Source: an uncultured Clostridia bacterium (lineage in GTDB: Bacteria > Bacillota > Clostridia > Christensenellales > QALW01). Taken from it: DNA of 64,000 bases. Made by a program: the position numbers and the translations under genes. The stretch is from positions 167,974 through 231,973 of the forward strand of contig CAKSKV010000001.1 of the NCBI GenBank assembly GCA_934465535.1, given 5' to 3'. The notes beneath the pieces are model-generated. The model saw only the letters and a list, made by a program, of their open reading frames with translations, had not been told where the DNA came from and ran no database searches. This document shows positions 28,693 through 38,269 of the stretch, in pieces (the stretch's first letter is position 1; each line of letters starts with the position of its first letter).

Positions 28693-30698
28693 TATTTGCG
28701 CTTGCGGGAAATCAGAATTGCGGCAAAACCACGCTTTTCAACGCACTTACCGGATCTAATCAGCATGTGGGGAACTTCCCCGGCGTTACCGTGGATCAGA
28801 AAAGCGGTACGATAAAGGGCGTAAAGGATTGCTCAGTTGTGGATCTGCCCGGTATATATTCTTTGCGCCCGTATACCCAGGAGGAGATTGTCACAAGGGA
28901 TTTTGTAATTGACGGAAAGCCCGACGGCATTATTAACATAGTTGACGCCACAAATATAGAGCGCAATATGTATCTTACTTTGCAGCTGCTGGAACTGCGT
29001 GTACCTATGGTGCTTGCACTTAACATGATGGATGAGGTACGCGCAAACGGCGGCACGGTGGATGTGCAGAAAATGAGTCAGGCGCTTGGGATTCCGGTGG
29101 TTCCGATAAGCGCAGCCAAGGGCGAGGGTATAAGCGAGCTTATTGATAAAGCCGTGCAGACTGCCAAAAGCCGAACGCTTCCTGCGGTGTCCGATTTCTG
29201 CGACGATGCTTCGCCGGTTCACAGATGTATTCATGCAGTAATTCATTTGATTCAGGATCATGCCGATAATGTCGGGATTCCGGCGCGCTTCTGTGCGGTT
29301 AAGCTCATAGAGGGCGATAAGGAAATGGAAAAGCGTTTGGAGCTTGATAAAAACGAAACCGAACTGCTGGAGCACTGCGTGGTGGAAATGGAGGACGCTA
29401 CGGGCTTTGACCGCAATGAGGCGCTGGCGGATATGCGTTATACCTTTATAGAAAAGGTAACACAGAGTGCGGTAGTTAAATGCCATGAGAGCAGGGAGCA
29501 CAGCCGCAGCGTTAAGATCGACCGTGTGCTTACCGGCAAATACACTGCATTGCCCGTGTTTTTTGCAGTGATGCTGTTAGTATTCTGGCTTACATTTGAT
29601 GTTATCGGACAACGGTTGTCTGATTTGCTTTCCCTCGGCATAGATGCTTTATCCGCAGCCGCAGACAAGGGGCTTACGGCATACGGCATAAATCCTGTGG
29701 TGCACAGCCTGATAATTGACGGCATTTTTACCGGAGTAGGCAGCGTGCTGAGCTTTTTGCCCATAATAGTTACTCTGTTTTTCTTTCTGTCCATTCTTGA
29801 AGACACGGGGTATATGGCACGCATTGCCTTTGTTATGGATAAGCTGCTGCGGCATATCGGCTTATCCGGGCGCAGCTTTGTGCCGATGCTTATAGGCTTT
29901 GGCTGTACCGTTCCCGCTATTATGGCTACAAGAACGGTATCCAGCGACCGCGACCGTAAAATGACCATTCTGCTTACCCCCTATATGAGCTGTTCGGCAA
30001 AGATACCGATTTATGCCGTTTTCAGTGCGGCCTTTTTCCCCAAGCACGCAGCGCTTGTTATGATAGGGCTGTATGTTACCGGCATTATATTGGGGATCAT
30101 TGTGGCGCTTATACTTAAAAACACCGCCTTTCGCGGCAATCCGGTGCCTTTTGTTATGGAATTGCCGAATTACCGCCTTCCTTCGTTTAAAAGCGTTATG
30201 CTGCTGCTTTGGGAAAAGGCAAGGGATTTTCTTGAGCGTGCCTTTACTGTGATTTTTGTTGCCTCCATAGTAATATGGTTTTTGCGCACATTTGATACAA
30301 AACTCAATGTCGTGGAGGATTCCTCGCAAAGCCTGCTTGCGCTTGTGGGGCGCTTTATTGCTCCGGCCTTTGCGCCGCTCGGCTTTGGCGATTGGCGTGC
30401 CGTTACTTCGCTCATTTCCGGCTTTACGGCCAAGGAAGCGGTTGTAAGCACTATGGCGGTGCTGATGGGCACAAGCGTAAATGAGCTGGGCGGAGCGCTT
30501 TCCGCACTGTTTACGCCGCTTTCGGCGCTGAGCTTTTTGGTGTTTACATTGCTTTATACGCCCTGTGTTGCGGCAATTGCCACCGTGCGGCGCGAGCTTC
30601 ATTCGCGCGGCGCAACCTTGGGAGTGGTGCTTATGCAGTGCGGGGTTGCATATCTTGCGGCGCTTGCCGTTTGGCAGATAGGAAGTCTTTTTGTATGA
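28689..30698 (+). CDS. feoB: ferrous iron transport protein B
   Basis: N-terminal G-domain (GNQNCGKTTLFN) and polytopic permease. Confidence 0.9.
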   Translation: MIFALAGNQNCGKTTLFNALTGSNQHVGNFPGVTVDQKSGTIKGVKDCSVVDLPGIYSLRPYTQEEIVTRDFVIDGKPDGIINIVDATNIERNMYLTLQLLELRVPMVLALNMMDEVRANGGTVDVQKMSQALGIPVVPISAAKGEGISELIDKAVQTAKSRTLPAVSDFCDDASPVHRCIHAVIHLIQDHADNVGIPARFCAVKLIEGDKEMEKRLELDKNETELLEHCVVEMEDATGFDRNEALADMRYTFIEKVTQSAVVKCHESREHSRSVKIDRVLTGKYTALPVFFAVMLLVFWLTFDVIGQRLSDLLSLGIDALSAAADKGLTAYGINPVVHSLIIDGIFTGVGSVLSFLPIIVTLFFFLSILEDTGYMARIAFVMDKLLRHIGLSGRSFVPMLIGFGCTVPAIMATRTVSSDRDRKMTILLTPYMSCSAKIPIYAVFSAAFFPKHAALVMIGLYVTGIILGIIVALILKNTAFRGNPVPFVMELPNYRLPSFKSVMLLLWEKARDFLERAFTVIFVASIVIWFLRTFDTKLNVVEDSSQSLLALVGRFIAPAFAPLGFGDWRAVTSLISGFTAKEAVVSTMAVLMGTSVNELGGALSALFTPLSALSFLVFTLLYTPCVAAIATVRRELHSRGATLGVVLMQCGVAYLAALAVWQIGSLFV

Positions 30699-30910
30699 TT
30701 ATGACTGCGGCGGATTACATTGTTCTTGCAGTAATATTTGCGCTGGCAGCAGCGGCACTGGTGCGCTGCCTTAGCAAAGGAGGATGCAGTTGCGGCTGCT
30801 CGGGGGGCTCGGGCTGTCCGGGGTGCGCCAATGGTCAAAGCAGACGCTGTGAAAGCTGTAAAAGCTGCAAAAATAAGAAATACGGCGAGGAGAACAAACA
30901 GAATAAATAG
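30695..30910 (+). CDS. FeoB-associated Cys-rich membrane protein
   Basis: TM helix followed by CSCGCSGGSGCPGC Cys cluster; ATGA overlap with feoB stop. Confidence 0.6.
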   Translation: MIMTAADYIVLAVIFALAAAALVRCLSKGGCSCGCSGGSGCPGCANGQSRRCESCKSCKNKKYGEENKQNK

Positions 30911-31163
30911 TTCTTGAAGGCCGTACGCATTATTGCTTATTCGGAAGTGTATGCTTTTGATGAGCATGGGCGTACGGTTTTCATATAATGCATATATGAT
31001 GACCGAAATGAAGCTTGCGCCTGCTTATGTGTCGGATGCAGCATAAAGTGCCGGCGGCGTGAAAACAGAGAATGTGCAGGCGTGTAAAAGAAAGAGACGG
31101 ACAAACTTAAGACCGTACTTTTCGGGTTTTAATGCCGAAATTCGGCAAAATTCGATTACATTC

Positions 31164-31192
31164 TTTACAACGGCACCGTTAGGTGGTATACT
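31164..31192 (+). promoter_or_regulatory. candidate sigma-A promoter for SPFH/Zn-ribbon/TPM cluster (TTTACA-17-TGgTATACT), ~125-nt leader
   Basis: sequence match only. Confidence 0.45.
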
Positions 31193-31319
31193 GAAACGGA
31201 TAACAATTCCGAAGCCTTACCCGATGGGCGCGGGCGAACATACCCGCTGCTGCAAGTCGTCATCCGGCAAAGGCGATATCGGAATTTATAAAATCAAATA
31301 TTTTTCGGAGGTTGCGGTT

Positions 31320-32681
31320 ATGGGTCTTATTAAAGCAGGCATAGGCGCCTTGGGCGGAACTCTTGCGGATCAGTGGAAGGAATTCTTCTATTGTGAGGCG
31401 CTTCCCAAAGAGGTGCTTGTTACCAAGGGACAGAAGGTTATAGGAAACCGTTCTTCAAACACCAAGGGCAGCGATAATATAATTACAAACGGTTCGGGAA
31501 TTGCGGTGGCGGACGGCCAGTGCATGATGATCGTGGAGCAGGGCAAGGTGGTAGAGGTATGCGCCGAGCCCGGTGAATTTACATACGATTCCTCCACGGA
31601 GCCCAGCATTTTTTCCGGCAGCCTCGGTCAAAGCATAAAGGAAACCTTCAAAACCATAGGCAAGCGTTTTACATACGGCGGGGACACGGGCAAGGATCAG
31701 CGGGTATACTACATAAACACCAAGGAGATAATGGAAAACCGTTTCGGAACGGCAAACCCCGTGCCTTTCAGGGTTGTTGATTCCAAAATCGGGCTGGACA
31801 TCGATGTGGCCATACGCTGTTCCGGCGTTTATTCCTACCGCATTGAGGACCCGATTCTGTTTTATACAAATGTATGCGGTAATGTAAGCAAGGAATTTAC
31901 AAGAGACGAGATAGACACTCAGCTCAAGCAGGAGTTTATAAGCGCGCTTCAGCCTGCCTTCGGTCAGCTTTCGCAGATGGAGCTGCGCCCCAACCAGATA
32001 GTGCTGCATAATACCGATCTGGAAAATGCCATGAATAAAACGCTGTCCGAAAAATGGGGAGAGCTGCGCGGATTAAAGGTGGTAAGCATTGCAATGGGTT
32101 CCGTAACGCTGCCCGAGGAGGATGCGGAGCTGATAAAGCAGGCGCAGAGGACCGCTATCATGCGCGATCCCAACATGGCGGCGGCCACCCTTGTGGGCGC
32201 GCAGGCCGATGCAATGAAGGCGGCGGCTTCAAACGAAAACGGCGCAATGACAGGCTTTATGGGAATGGGAATGGCGATGAACGCAGGCGGCGGCAACGCG
32301 CAGAATCTTTTTGCAATGGGACAGAGCCAAAATGCTGCGTCCGACAGCTGGAAATGCTCCTGCGGAAAAACCGTAAGCGGCAATTTTTGCCCCAACTGCG
32401 GTGCGAAGAAGCCGGAGGCGGTTAAAAAGGAAGGCTGGAAGTGCTCCTGCGGTGCCGAGGCTTACGGAAAATTCTGCCCCGAGTGCGGCGCGAAACGCCC
32501 GGAAAGCGGGACATGGACCTGCTCCTGCGGCGCGATAAATAAGGGAAAATTCTGTTCGGAATGCGGTGCTAAAAAGCCCGAAGCAGAAGCAAAACGCCGC
32601 TGCGGCAAATGCGGCTGGGAGCAGGAGGATATGACCAAAACTCCACGCTTCTGCCCTGAGTGCGGCGCACCCCTGGAGTAA
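31320..32681 (+). CDS. SPFH/band-7 family protein (YdjI-like) with four C-terminal zinc-ribbon repeats
   Basis: N-terminal MGLIKAGIGALGG band_7_1-like domain; C-terminal 4x W[KT]CSCG...FCxECGAK[KR]PE; ORF-track start 31059 rejected. Confidence 0.65.
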   Translation: MGLIKAGIGALGGTLADQWKEFFYCEALPKEVLVTKGQKVIGNRSSNTKGSDNIITNGSGIAVADGQCMMIVEQGKVVEVCAEPGEFTYDSSTEPSIFSGSLGQSIKETFKTIGKRFTYGGDTGKDQRVYYINTKEIMENRFGTANPVPFRVVDSKIGLDIDVAIRCSGVYSYRIEDPILFYTNVCGNVSKEFTRDEIDTQLKQEFISALQPAFGQLSQMELRPNQIVLHNTDLENAMNKTLSEKWGELRGLKVVSIAMGSVTLPEEDAELIKQAQRTAIMRDPNMAAATLVGAQADAMKAAASNENGAMTGFMGMGMAMNAGGGNAQNLFAMGQSQNAASDSWKCSCGKTVSGNFCPNCGAKKPEAVKKEGWKCSCGAEAYGKFCPECGAKRPESGTWTCSCGAINKGKFCSECGAKKPEAEAKRRCGKCGWEQEDMTKTPRFCPECGAPLE

Positions 32682-32757
32682 GCTTTTTTAGATGCATTTA
32701 TTATAAGCCCGGGTATCAGGCATGCCCGGGCGATCTGCTTGTTAAGGAGGATGAGCT

Positions 32758-33843
32758 TTGACTGTATTACAGGAATATAAATGCCCGTGCTGCGGCGGGG
32801 CGATAGAGTTTGACAGCTCTGTTCAGAAAATGAAGTGCCCGTATTGCGATACGGAATTTGAGATGGAAACCCTTAAAAGCTATGACGAGGAGCTTAAAAG
32901 CGAAAAGGGCGACGATATGCGCTGGGAGGCTCCGGGCAGCGGTCAGTGGAATATCGACGAGGAGACGGGACTGCGCTCATATGTATGCAAGTCCTGCGGA
33001 GGCGAGATAATCACCGACGCAAACACGGTGGCAACATCCTGCCCGTTTTGCGACAACCCCGTGGTGCTGATGCAGCAGGTGGCGGGTACGCTGCGCCCGG
33101 ATTATGTTATTCCCTTCAAGCTGGATAAAAAGGCAGCTAAAGAGGGGTTGGCGCGGCACCTTACCGGCAAGCGGCTGTTGCCGAAGGTGTTCAAGGATCA
33201 GAACCATATTGATGAGATAAAAGGCGTATATGTGCCGTTTTGGCTTTTTGATACAAATGCCGATGCCAATGTGCGCTACCGTGCAACAAAGGTGCGTTCA
33301 TGGAGCAGCTCAGATTACGATTATACCGAAACAAGCCATTTTATGGTGCTGCGGGGCGGCAATATAGCCTTTGAGCATGTGCCGGTGGACGGATCGGTAA
33401 AAATGCCGGACGATCTTATGGAATCCATAGAGCCGTATGATTTTTCGGAGGCGGTGGATTTCCAAACGGCATACCTTGCAGGATATCTTGCGGATAAATA
33501 TGATGTTTCTGCGCAGGACAGCGAGGAAAGAGCCAACAAACGCGTAAAAACCTCTACGGAGGAGGCGTTTGCAGGGACGGTCAACGGCTATACAACAGTG
33601 AATGTTGAGCAGAGCAATGTACATTTGAGCGACGGCAGCACCAAATATGCGCTGTATCCGGTGTGGCTGCTGAACACCACATGGAACGGACAAAAATATG
33701 TTTTTGCAATGAACGGTCAGACCGGGCGCTTTGTGGGCGATTTGCCGGTGGATAAAGCGGCAGCGCGAAAATGGACGCTTGGGCTTACTGCACTGTTCGG
33801 AGTTATCACATACGGGCTTGCATGGCTTATACATCTGCTGTAA
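32758..33843 (+). CDS. zinc-ribbon membrane protein (YdjG-like)
   Basis: two CxxC...CxxC zinc ribbons, C-terminal TM helix. Confidence 0.55.
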   Translation: MTVLQEYKCPCCGGAIEFDSSVQKMKCPYCDTEFEMETLKSYDEELKSEKGDDMRWEAPGSGQWNIDEETGLRSYVCKSCGGEIITDANTVATSCPFCDNPVVLMQQVAGTLRPDYVIPFKLDKKAAKEGLARHLTGKRLLPKVFKDQNHIDEIKGVYVPFWLFDTNADANVRYRATKVRSWSSSDYDYTETSHFMVLRGGNIAFEHVPVDGSVKMPDDLMESIEPYDFSEAVDFQTAYLAGYLADKYDVSAQDSEERANKRVKTSTEEAFAGTVNGYTTVNVEQSNVHLSDGSTKYALYPVWLLNTTWNGQKYVFAMNGQTGRFVGDLPVDKAAARKWTLGLTALFGVITYGLAWLIHLL

Positions 33844-33855
33844 GGGGGAAAGGGT

Positions 33856-34731
33856 ATGAAAAAAACATTTGCGGCCGTTTTGACGGCGGTGCTGCTTTGC
33901 CTTTCCTGCGTGCTTTGCTTTGCGGCAGAGGGGGAAAACGGCGGAAGTGAAAGCCTTACCCGTATAGCGGATCAAGCCGGTCTGCTTACGGAAACTCAGC
34001 GTGAGAAAATAGAGGATAAGCTTGCAGAGGTGCGGGAAAACCGCGATTTTGACATAGTGATAGTTACTGCGGAGTCCGCTCAGGGCAAATCCGAAATGGA
34101 TTATGCGGACGACTTCTTTGATTATAATGGCTACGGCTGCGGCACGGGCAGGGACGGCGTTCTGCTGCTTGTAAACATGGGCTCGCGCAAAACATGGATA
34201 TCCACGCGCGGCGAAGGCATACGGGTGTTCACCGATAAGGGCATAGAATGCATACTTTCCTCCGACGGAATAAGCAGCTATCTTTCGCGCGGGGATTATT
34301 ACGGCGCATTTGAGCACTTTATTGAGCTTTGCGACGATTTTATAGCCGCGAAAAGGTCCGGAAAGCCCTATGATATTGATAACATGCCGCCATGGAGCAC
34401 TCAGAGCGGCGACGGCATTTCGGACGGCGAATCAGAGGGGCTGTCACTTGTATGGATACCGCTTTCGTTAATTATCGGCTTTGTTATCGCCCTTTTGGTT
34501 GTGGGCGGCATGAAAAGCAAGCTCAAAAGCGTACATATGAAGGCGGCGGCCGATGATTATATCGTAAAGGACAGCATGAATATAACCCAGAGCAGCGATG
34601 TGTTCCTGTATAAAAATGTGGTTAAAAGAGCGCGCCCCAAAAACGATTCATCATCGTCCTCCCGCGGCGGAAGCAGCACCCATACCTCTTCATCTGGTTC
34701 TTCGCACGGCGGAGGCGGGGGCAGCTTCTGA
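33856..34731 (+). CDS. TPM-domain (TLP18.3/Psb32/MOLO-1 phosphatase-like) membrane protein, YdjH-like
   Basis: signal peptide, TPM domain, TM, Gly/Ser-rich tail. Confidence 0.65.
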   Translation: MKKTFAAVLTAVLLCLSCVLCFAAEGENGGSESLTRIADQAGLLTETQREKIEDKLAEVRENRDFDIVIVTAESAQGKSEMDYADDFFDYNGYGCGTGRDGVLLLVNMGSRKTWISTRGEGIRVFTDKGIECILSSDGISSYLSRGDYYGAFEHFIELCDDFIAAKRSGKPYDIDNMPPWSTQSGDGISDGESEGLSLVWIPLSLIIGFVIALLVVGGMKSKLKSVHMKAAADDYIVKDSMNITQSSDVFLYKNVVKRARPKNDSSSSSRGGSSTHTSSSGSSHGGGGGSF

Positions 34732-34782
34732 GAAAATCAACAGCCATAAAAGCGCGCAGCGCTCGCTTATGCTATATAAAGC

Positions 34783-34818
34783 AAGTACAGACGGCATTGC
34801 CGTCTGTACTTTTTTAAT
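34783..34818 (+). terminator. rho-independent terminator after TPM-domain gene
   Basis: AGTACAGACGGC/GCCGTCTGTACT stem plus TTTTTT. Confidence 0.65.
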
Positions 34819-34991
34819 ATCAACATCTAGACGCATAAACTAAACAAAATCGCGGCTTTGCCGTGCGCTTGCTTCGGATATCAAAGAAGTCGATTCAGTG
34901 CGGGAAAATAAGCAAAAGCCGGTGCTTTACGCACTTTTTATCGGGTGAGTGAAAATACATTAAAAGAATTTAATAAAAATCAAAAAAACGC

Positions 34992-35020
34992 TTTACTTTA
35001 GCGCGGTGATGTGCTACAAT
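34992..35020 (+). promoter_or_regulatory. candidate sigma-A promoter for amino-acid ABC operon (TTTACT-17-TGcTACAAT)
   Basis: sequence match only. Confidence 0.45.
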
Positions 35021-35083
35021 AGCAGCGTAATAAATCAAAGGCCGACGGAATTATCGCTTCGGCGGAAAATCAGGAGGATTAAA

Positions 35084-35869
35084 ATGAAAAAGAAACTGTT
35101 TATGCTTGTACTGCTTGCGGTAATGACACTGGGCCTTTTTGCCGGCTGCGCAAAGCAGGAGGAATTTGTTGTGGGCTTTGACGCCAGCTTCCCGCCGTAC
35201 GGATATGTTGAAAACGGCGAATATGTAGGCTTTGATATCGACCTTGCCAAAGAGGTTGCAAAGCGCAACGGCTGGAATATCAAGCTTCAGGCAATCGACT
35301 GGAACAGCAAGGATTTTGAGCTTAACTCCGGCACCATCAGCTGCATCTGGAACGGCTTTACCATGAACGGCCGCGAGGATAAATACACCTGGACCCGCGC
35401 TTATGTGGACAACAGCCAAGTGGTGGTGGTTAAGGCGGACAGCGGCATAAACGAGCTTTCCGACCTTGCGGGCAAAACGGTGGCGGTGCAGGACGATTCC
35501 TCCGCATTGGCGGTGCTGACAAATACCGAGGATAACGATGAAATGCTGGCCCTTGCCGCAACCTTTAACAAGCTTGACAAGGTGGGGGACTATGATACCG
35601 CCTTTATGAACCTTGCCTCCGGCGCGGTGGACGCCATAGCCATGGATATCGGCGTTGCCAAGTTTAAGGTTAAGGCGGGCGGCGACAAATACAAAATACT
35701 GGATAAGCAGCTTGCAAGCGAGCAGTACGGTGTTGGCTTCAAGAAAGGCAACACACAGCTGCGCGATAAGGTGCAGGCAACCCTTGACGAGATGATAAAG
35801 GACGGCACCTTTATGCAGATAGCTCAAAAGTGGGGGCTTGAGGACTGCGTTATAAACGAGGTAAAATAG
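35084..35869 (+). CDS. polar amino-acid ABC transporter substrate-binding lipoprotein
   Basis: lipobox LFAGC; SBP_bac_3 family; RBS AGGAGG. Confidence 0.85.
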   Translation: MKKKLFMLVLLAVMTLGLFAGCAKQEEFVVGFDASFPPYGYVENGEYVGFDIDLAKEVAKRNGWNIKLQAIDWNSKDFELNSGTISCIWNGFTMNGREDKYTWTRAYVDNSQVVVVKADSGINELSDLAGKTVAVQDDSSALAVLTNTEDNDEMLALAATFNKLDKVGDYDTAFMNLASGAVDAIAMDIGVAKFKVKAGGDKYKILDKQLASEQYGVGFKKGNTQLRDKVQATLDEMIKDGTFMQIAQKWGLEDCVINEVK

Positions 35870-35979
35870 CCACCGGGTGTAAGAGGGTGTCCGGGTGTCC
35901 CCGGACACCCTTGCCCGTGCTGCGGCAGGCGGCCGCATAAATTGATAATTCGGAAGGACAGCGGCGCGGCCGCACGGTT

Positions 35980-36642
35980 TTGCTTATGGATTTTTGGAAT
36001 ATATGTTTGCAGCTTGCGGAGGGAATGCTGACATCCCTTGCGATATTTGCCCTTACGCTGATATTCTCGCTGCCGCTTGGTCTGCTTGTGGCCTTTGCGC
36101 GCAAGTCAAAGCATGCATGGCTGCGCGTGCCCGTAAAGGTGTACATTTCCGTTATGCGCGGCACTCCGCTTATGCTGCAGCTGCTTATAGTGTATTTCGG
36201 GCCGTATCTTATATTCGGGGCAAAGCTCAGTGCGGATTACCGCTTTCCGGCTACTATTATCGCATTTGCCGTAAACTATGCGGCATATTTTGCGGAAATT
36301 TTCCGCTCCGGCATAGAATCCGTTCCGACGGGGCAGTATGAAGCGGCGCAGGTGCTGGGGCTCAGCCGCCGCCAGTGCTTTTTCCGAGTGATATTCCCTC
36401 AGGTAATAAAGCGTGTGCTGCCGCCCGTTACAAACGAGGTAATAACCCTTGTAAAGGATACCTCCTTGGCTTATGCCATTGCCGTTACCGAAATGTTCAC
36501 TCTCGCAAAGCAGATAGCGGCGGCGGAAAGCTCGCTGCTGCCCTATCTTGCCGCAGGGATATTCTATTATATCTTCAATTTCCTTGTGGCCTTTGCAATG
36601 GAGCGCGCGGAGCGCGCCTTTGACTACTATCAAACCAAGTGA
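35980..36642 (+). CDS. amino-acid ABC transporter permease
   Basis: His/Glu/Gln/Arg/opine permease family EAA loop. Confidence 0.85.
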   Translation: MLMDFWNICLQLAEGMLTSLAIFALTLIFSLPLGLLVAFARKSKHAWLRVPVKVYISVMRGTPLMLQLLIVYFGPYLIFGAKLSADYRFPATIIAFAVNYAAYFAEIFRSGIESVPTGQYEAAQVLGLSRRQCFFRVIFPQVIKRVLPPVTNEVITLVKDTSLAYAIAVTEMFTLAKQIAAAESSLLPYLAAGIFYYIFNFLVAFAMERAERAFDYYQTK

Positions 36643-36652
36643 GGTGACGGCA

Positions 36653-37408
36653 ATGATACTGGAAATAAAAAATATCGTAAAGCGCTTTGGCGAAAACGAA
36701 ATATTAAAGGGGGTTTCCCTCAGTGTTGATAAGGGGGAAACGGTGGCCGTCATCGGGCCGTCCGGCAGCGGAAAAAGCACCCTTCTGCGCTGCGCGACCG
36801 CTCTTGAAAGGGCCGACAGCGGCGAAATACTCTATAACGGCAAAGCGCTTATGACCATGAACGGCGGCGTTCCCGTTTTTGCCAAGGGGGAGGAGCTTGC
36901 CCGTATTCGCGCCAGCTTCGGGCTGGTGTTTCAGAACTTCAACCTTTTTCCGCATATGTCGGTAATGCAGAATATAACCCTTGCGCCCACCCTTACGCGC
37001 GGCGTGTCAAAGGAGGAGGCAAAGCAAAAAGCCCTGTCGCTTTTGGAGCGCATGGGGCTTGCGGATAAGGCGGCGGCCTACCCCTGCGAGCTTTCCGGCG
37101 GGCAGCAGCAGCGTGTTTCCATTGCGCGCGCTTTGGCCTTGAACCCGGATATCCTCTTTTTTGACGAGCCTACAAGCGCGCTGGACCCGGAGCTTACAGG
37201 GGAGATACTTGCCGTTATACGGGAGCTTGCGGCATCGGGCATGACCATGGTGGTGGTTACGCACGAGATGAGCTTTGCAAGGGAGGCAGCGGACCGCGTG
37301 GTGTTCCTGGACGGCGGCAGCATAGCGGCGCAGGGGCGGCCGGATGAGGTTATGGATAACCCGGCAAACGAGCGCCTTAAGGCCTTTCTTTCCCGTTTTG
37401 CCCGCTGA
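36653..37408 (+). CDS. amino-acid ABC transporter ATP-binding protein
   Basis: Walker A GPSGSGKST, signature LSGGQQQR, Walker B; start at MILEIK. Confidence 0.9.
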   Translation: MILEIKNIVKRFGENEILKGVSLSVDKGETVAVIGPSGSGKSTLLRCATALERADSGEILYNGKALMTMNGGVPVFAKGEELARIRASFGLVFQNFNLFPHMSVMQNITLAPTLTRGVSKEEAKQKALSLLERMGLADKAAAYPCELSGGQQQRVSIARALALNPDILFFDEPTSALDPELTGEILAVIRELAASGMTMVVVTHEMSFAREAADRVVFLDGGSIAAQGRPDEVMDNPANERLKAFLSRFAR

Positions 37409-37432
37409 AACGCCGGCAAAGAAATATAAAAA

Positions 37433-37476
37433 GCGTCGGGAGGGCAGCATAACCCCCTCCCGGCGCTTGTGTGTTT
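37433..37476. terminator. bidirectional terminator between ABC ATPase gene and end of TIR operon
   Basis: GCGTCGGGAGGG/CCCTCCCGGCGC stem flanked by A-run upstream and T-rich run downstream. Confidence 0.6.
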
Positions 37477-37522
37477 ACAGTCTTTTACGGCATTTCGGGC
37501 GGCATCGCGCCCGTGGTTGTTA

Positions 37523-38170
37523 TTATGCTGCTTTGCTTTTGTATGATTTATAAAACATCCTGTCATTAAATATCTTTTTGATTGGCTTTGGTAAACGCGG
37601 GCATTCCTCAATAGCTAATTCCAGCACTTTCCTTGGACTGATGCGCTTGCGGTTAGCTAATGCAACCGCGTCAATTGCAGATACTTCTGTTTTGCAAGCG
37701 TCAATAAGGCGTTCCATAAACCGCGGAAAACTGTCAATATACTCTTTTTTAATGCCGTAGTTGATATCTATGTAATTGTAATTTGAAAAATTTAAGTATT
37801 TTTTCGAACCGGATGTCGAATTATTCTGCAAAACAATTATTTCCGGCTCGCCGGAATATCTCCAGTTTGAAAGCCGTCCCCGCAATTCATCACAGGCTTC
37901 CGTAAAACACTTGTCGCTGTATTGCCATTTTTGATTATCTGTTCCGGGAATCTCCGTCACATCGGAATAATTACGGCCAAAATTCGGAGAATATCCAAGC
38001 CAATAAATTGAACAGTATTTTTTTGAACGATAGTGAAGATAATTGATTTTTTTGATATATTCTTCAGCACTCGAGTCGGAGGGCTTCACCAATAACAAAA
38101 CGATTACATGATTTCCTTCAAGTAATTTTTCTTGTTTTTCAATACCCGCTATGTTATTTATCGGATACAT
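37523..38170 (-). CDS. hypothetical protein, low-GC, last gene of the TIR operon
   Basis: ORF with RBS GGAGAA before ATG 38170; AT-rich codon usage unlike neighbours; no family recognised. Confidence 0.45.
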   Translation of the reverse strand: MYPINNIAGIEKQEKLLEGNHVIVLLLVKPSDSSAEEYIKKINYLHYRSKKYCSIYWLGYSPNFGRNYSDVTEIPGTDNQKWQYSDKCFTEACDELRGRLSNWRYSGEPEIIVLQNNSTSGSKKYLNFSNYNYIDINYGIKKEYIDSFPRFMERLIDACKTEVSAIDAVALANRKRISPRKVLELAIEECPRLPKPIKKIFNDRMFYKSYKSKAA

Positions 38171-38269
38171 CTGATTCTCCTTTTTTCCACACAAATTTAC
38201 TTAATACTTTTTGCAATTTATAGGTATGTCCAGATGACAAATAAGGGCAATAGCCTAAAAGTATTTGCT

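Noticed and set aside
31192-31220. Possible sigma-W promoter (TGAAAC) for the ydjI-like cluster, by analogy with B. subtilis pspA-ydjGHI
   Set aside because: TGAAAC is present, but no CGTA -10 element follows at the required 16-bp spacing.
31059-31319. N-terminal 87-codon extension of the SPFH ORF in the six-frame track
   Set aside because: It has no RBS and no conservation-like features, and it overlaps a good sigma-A promoter at 31164..31192. The conserved SPFH N-terminus MGLIKAGIGALGG starts at 31320.
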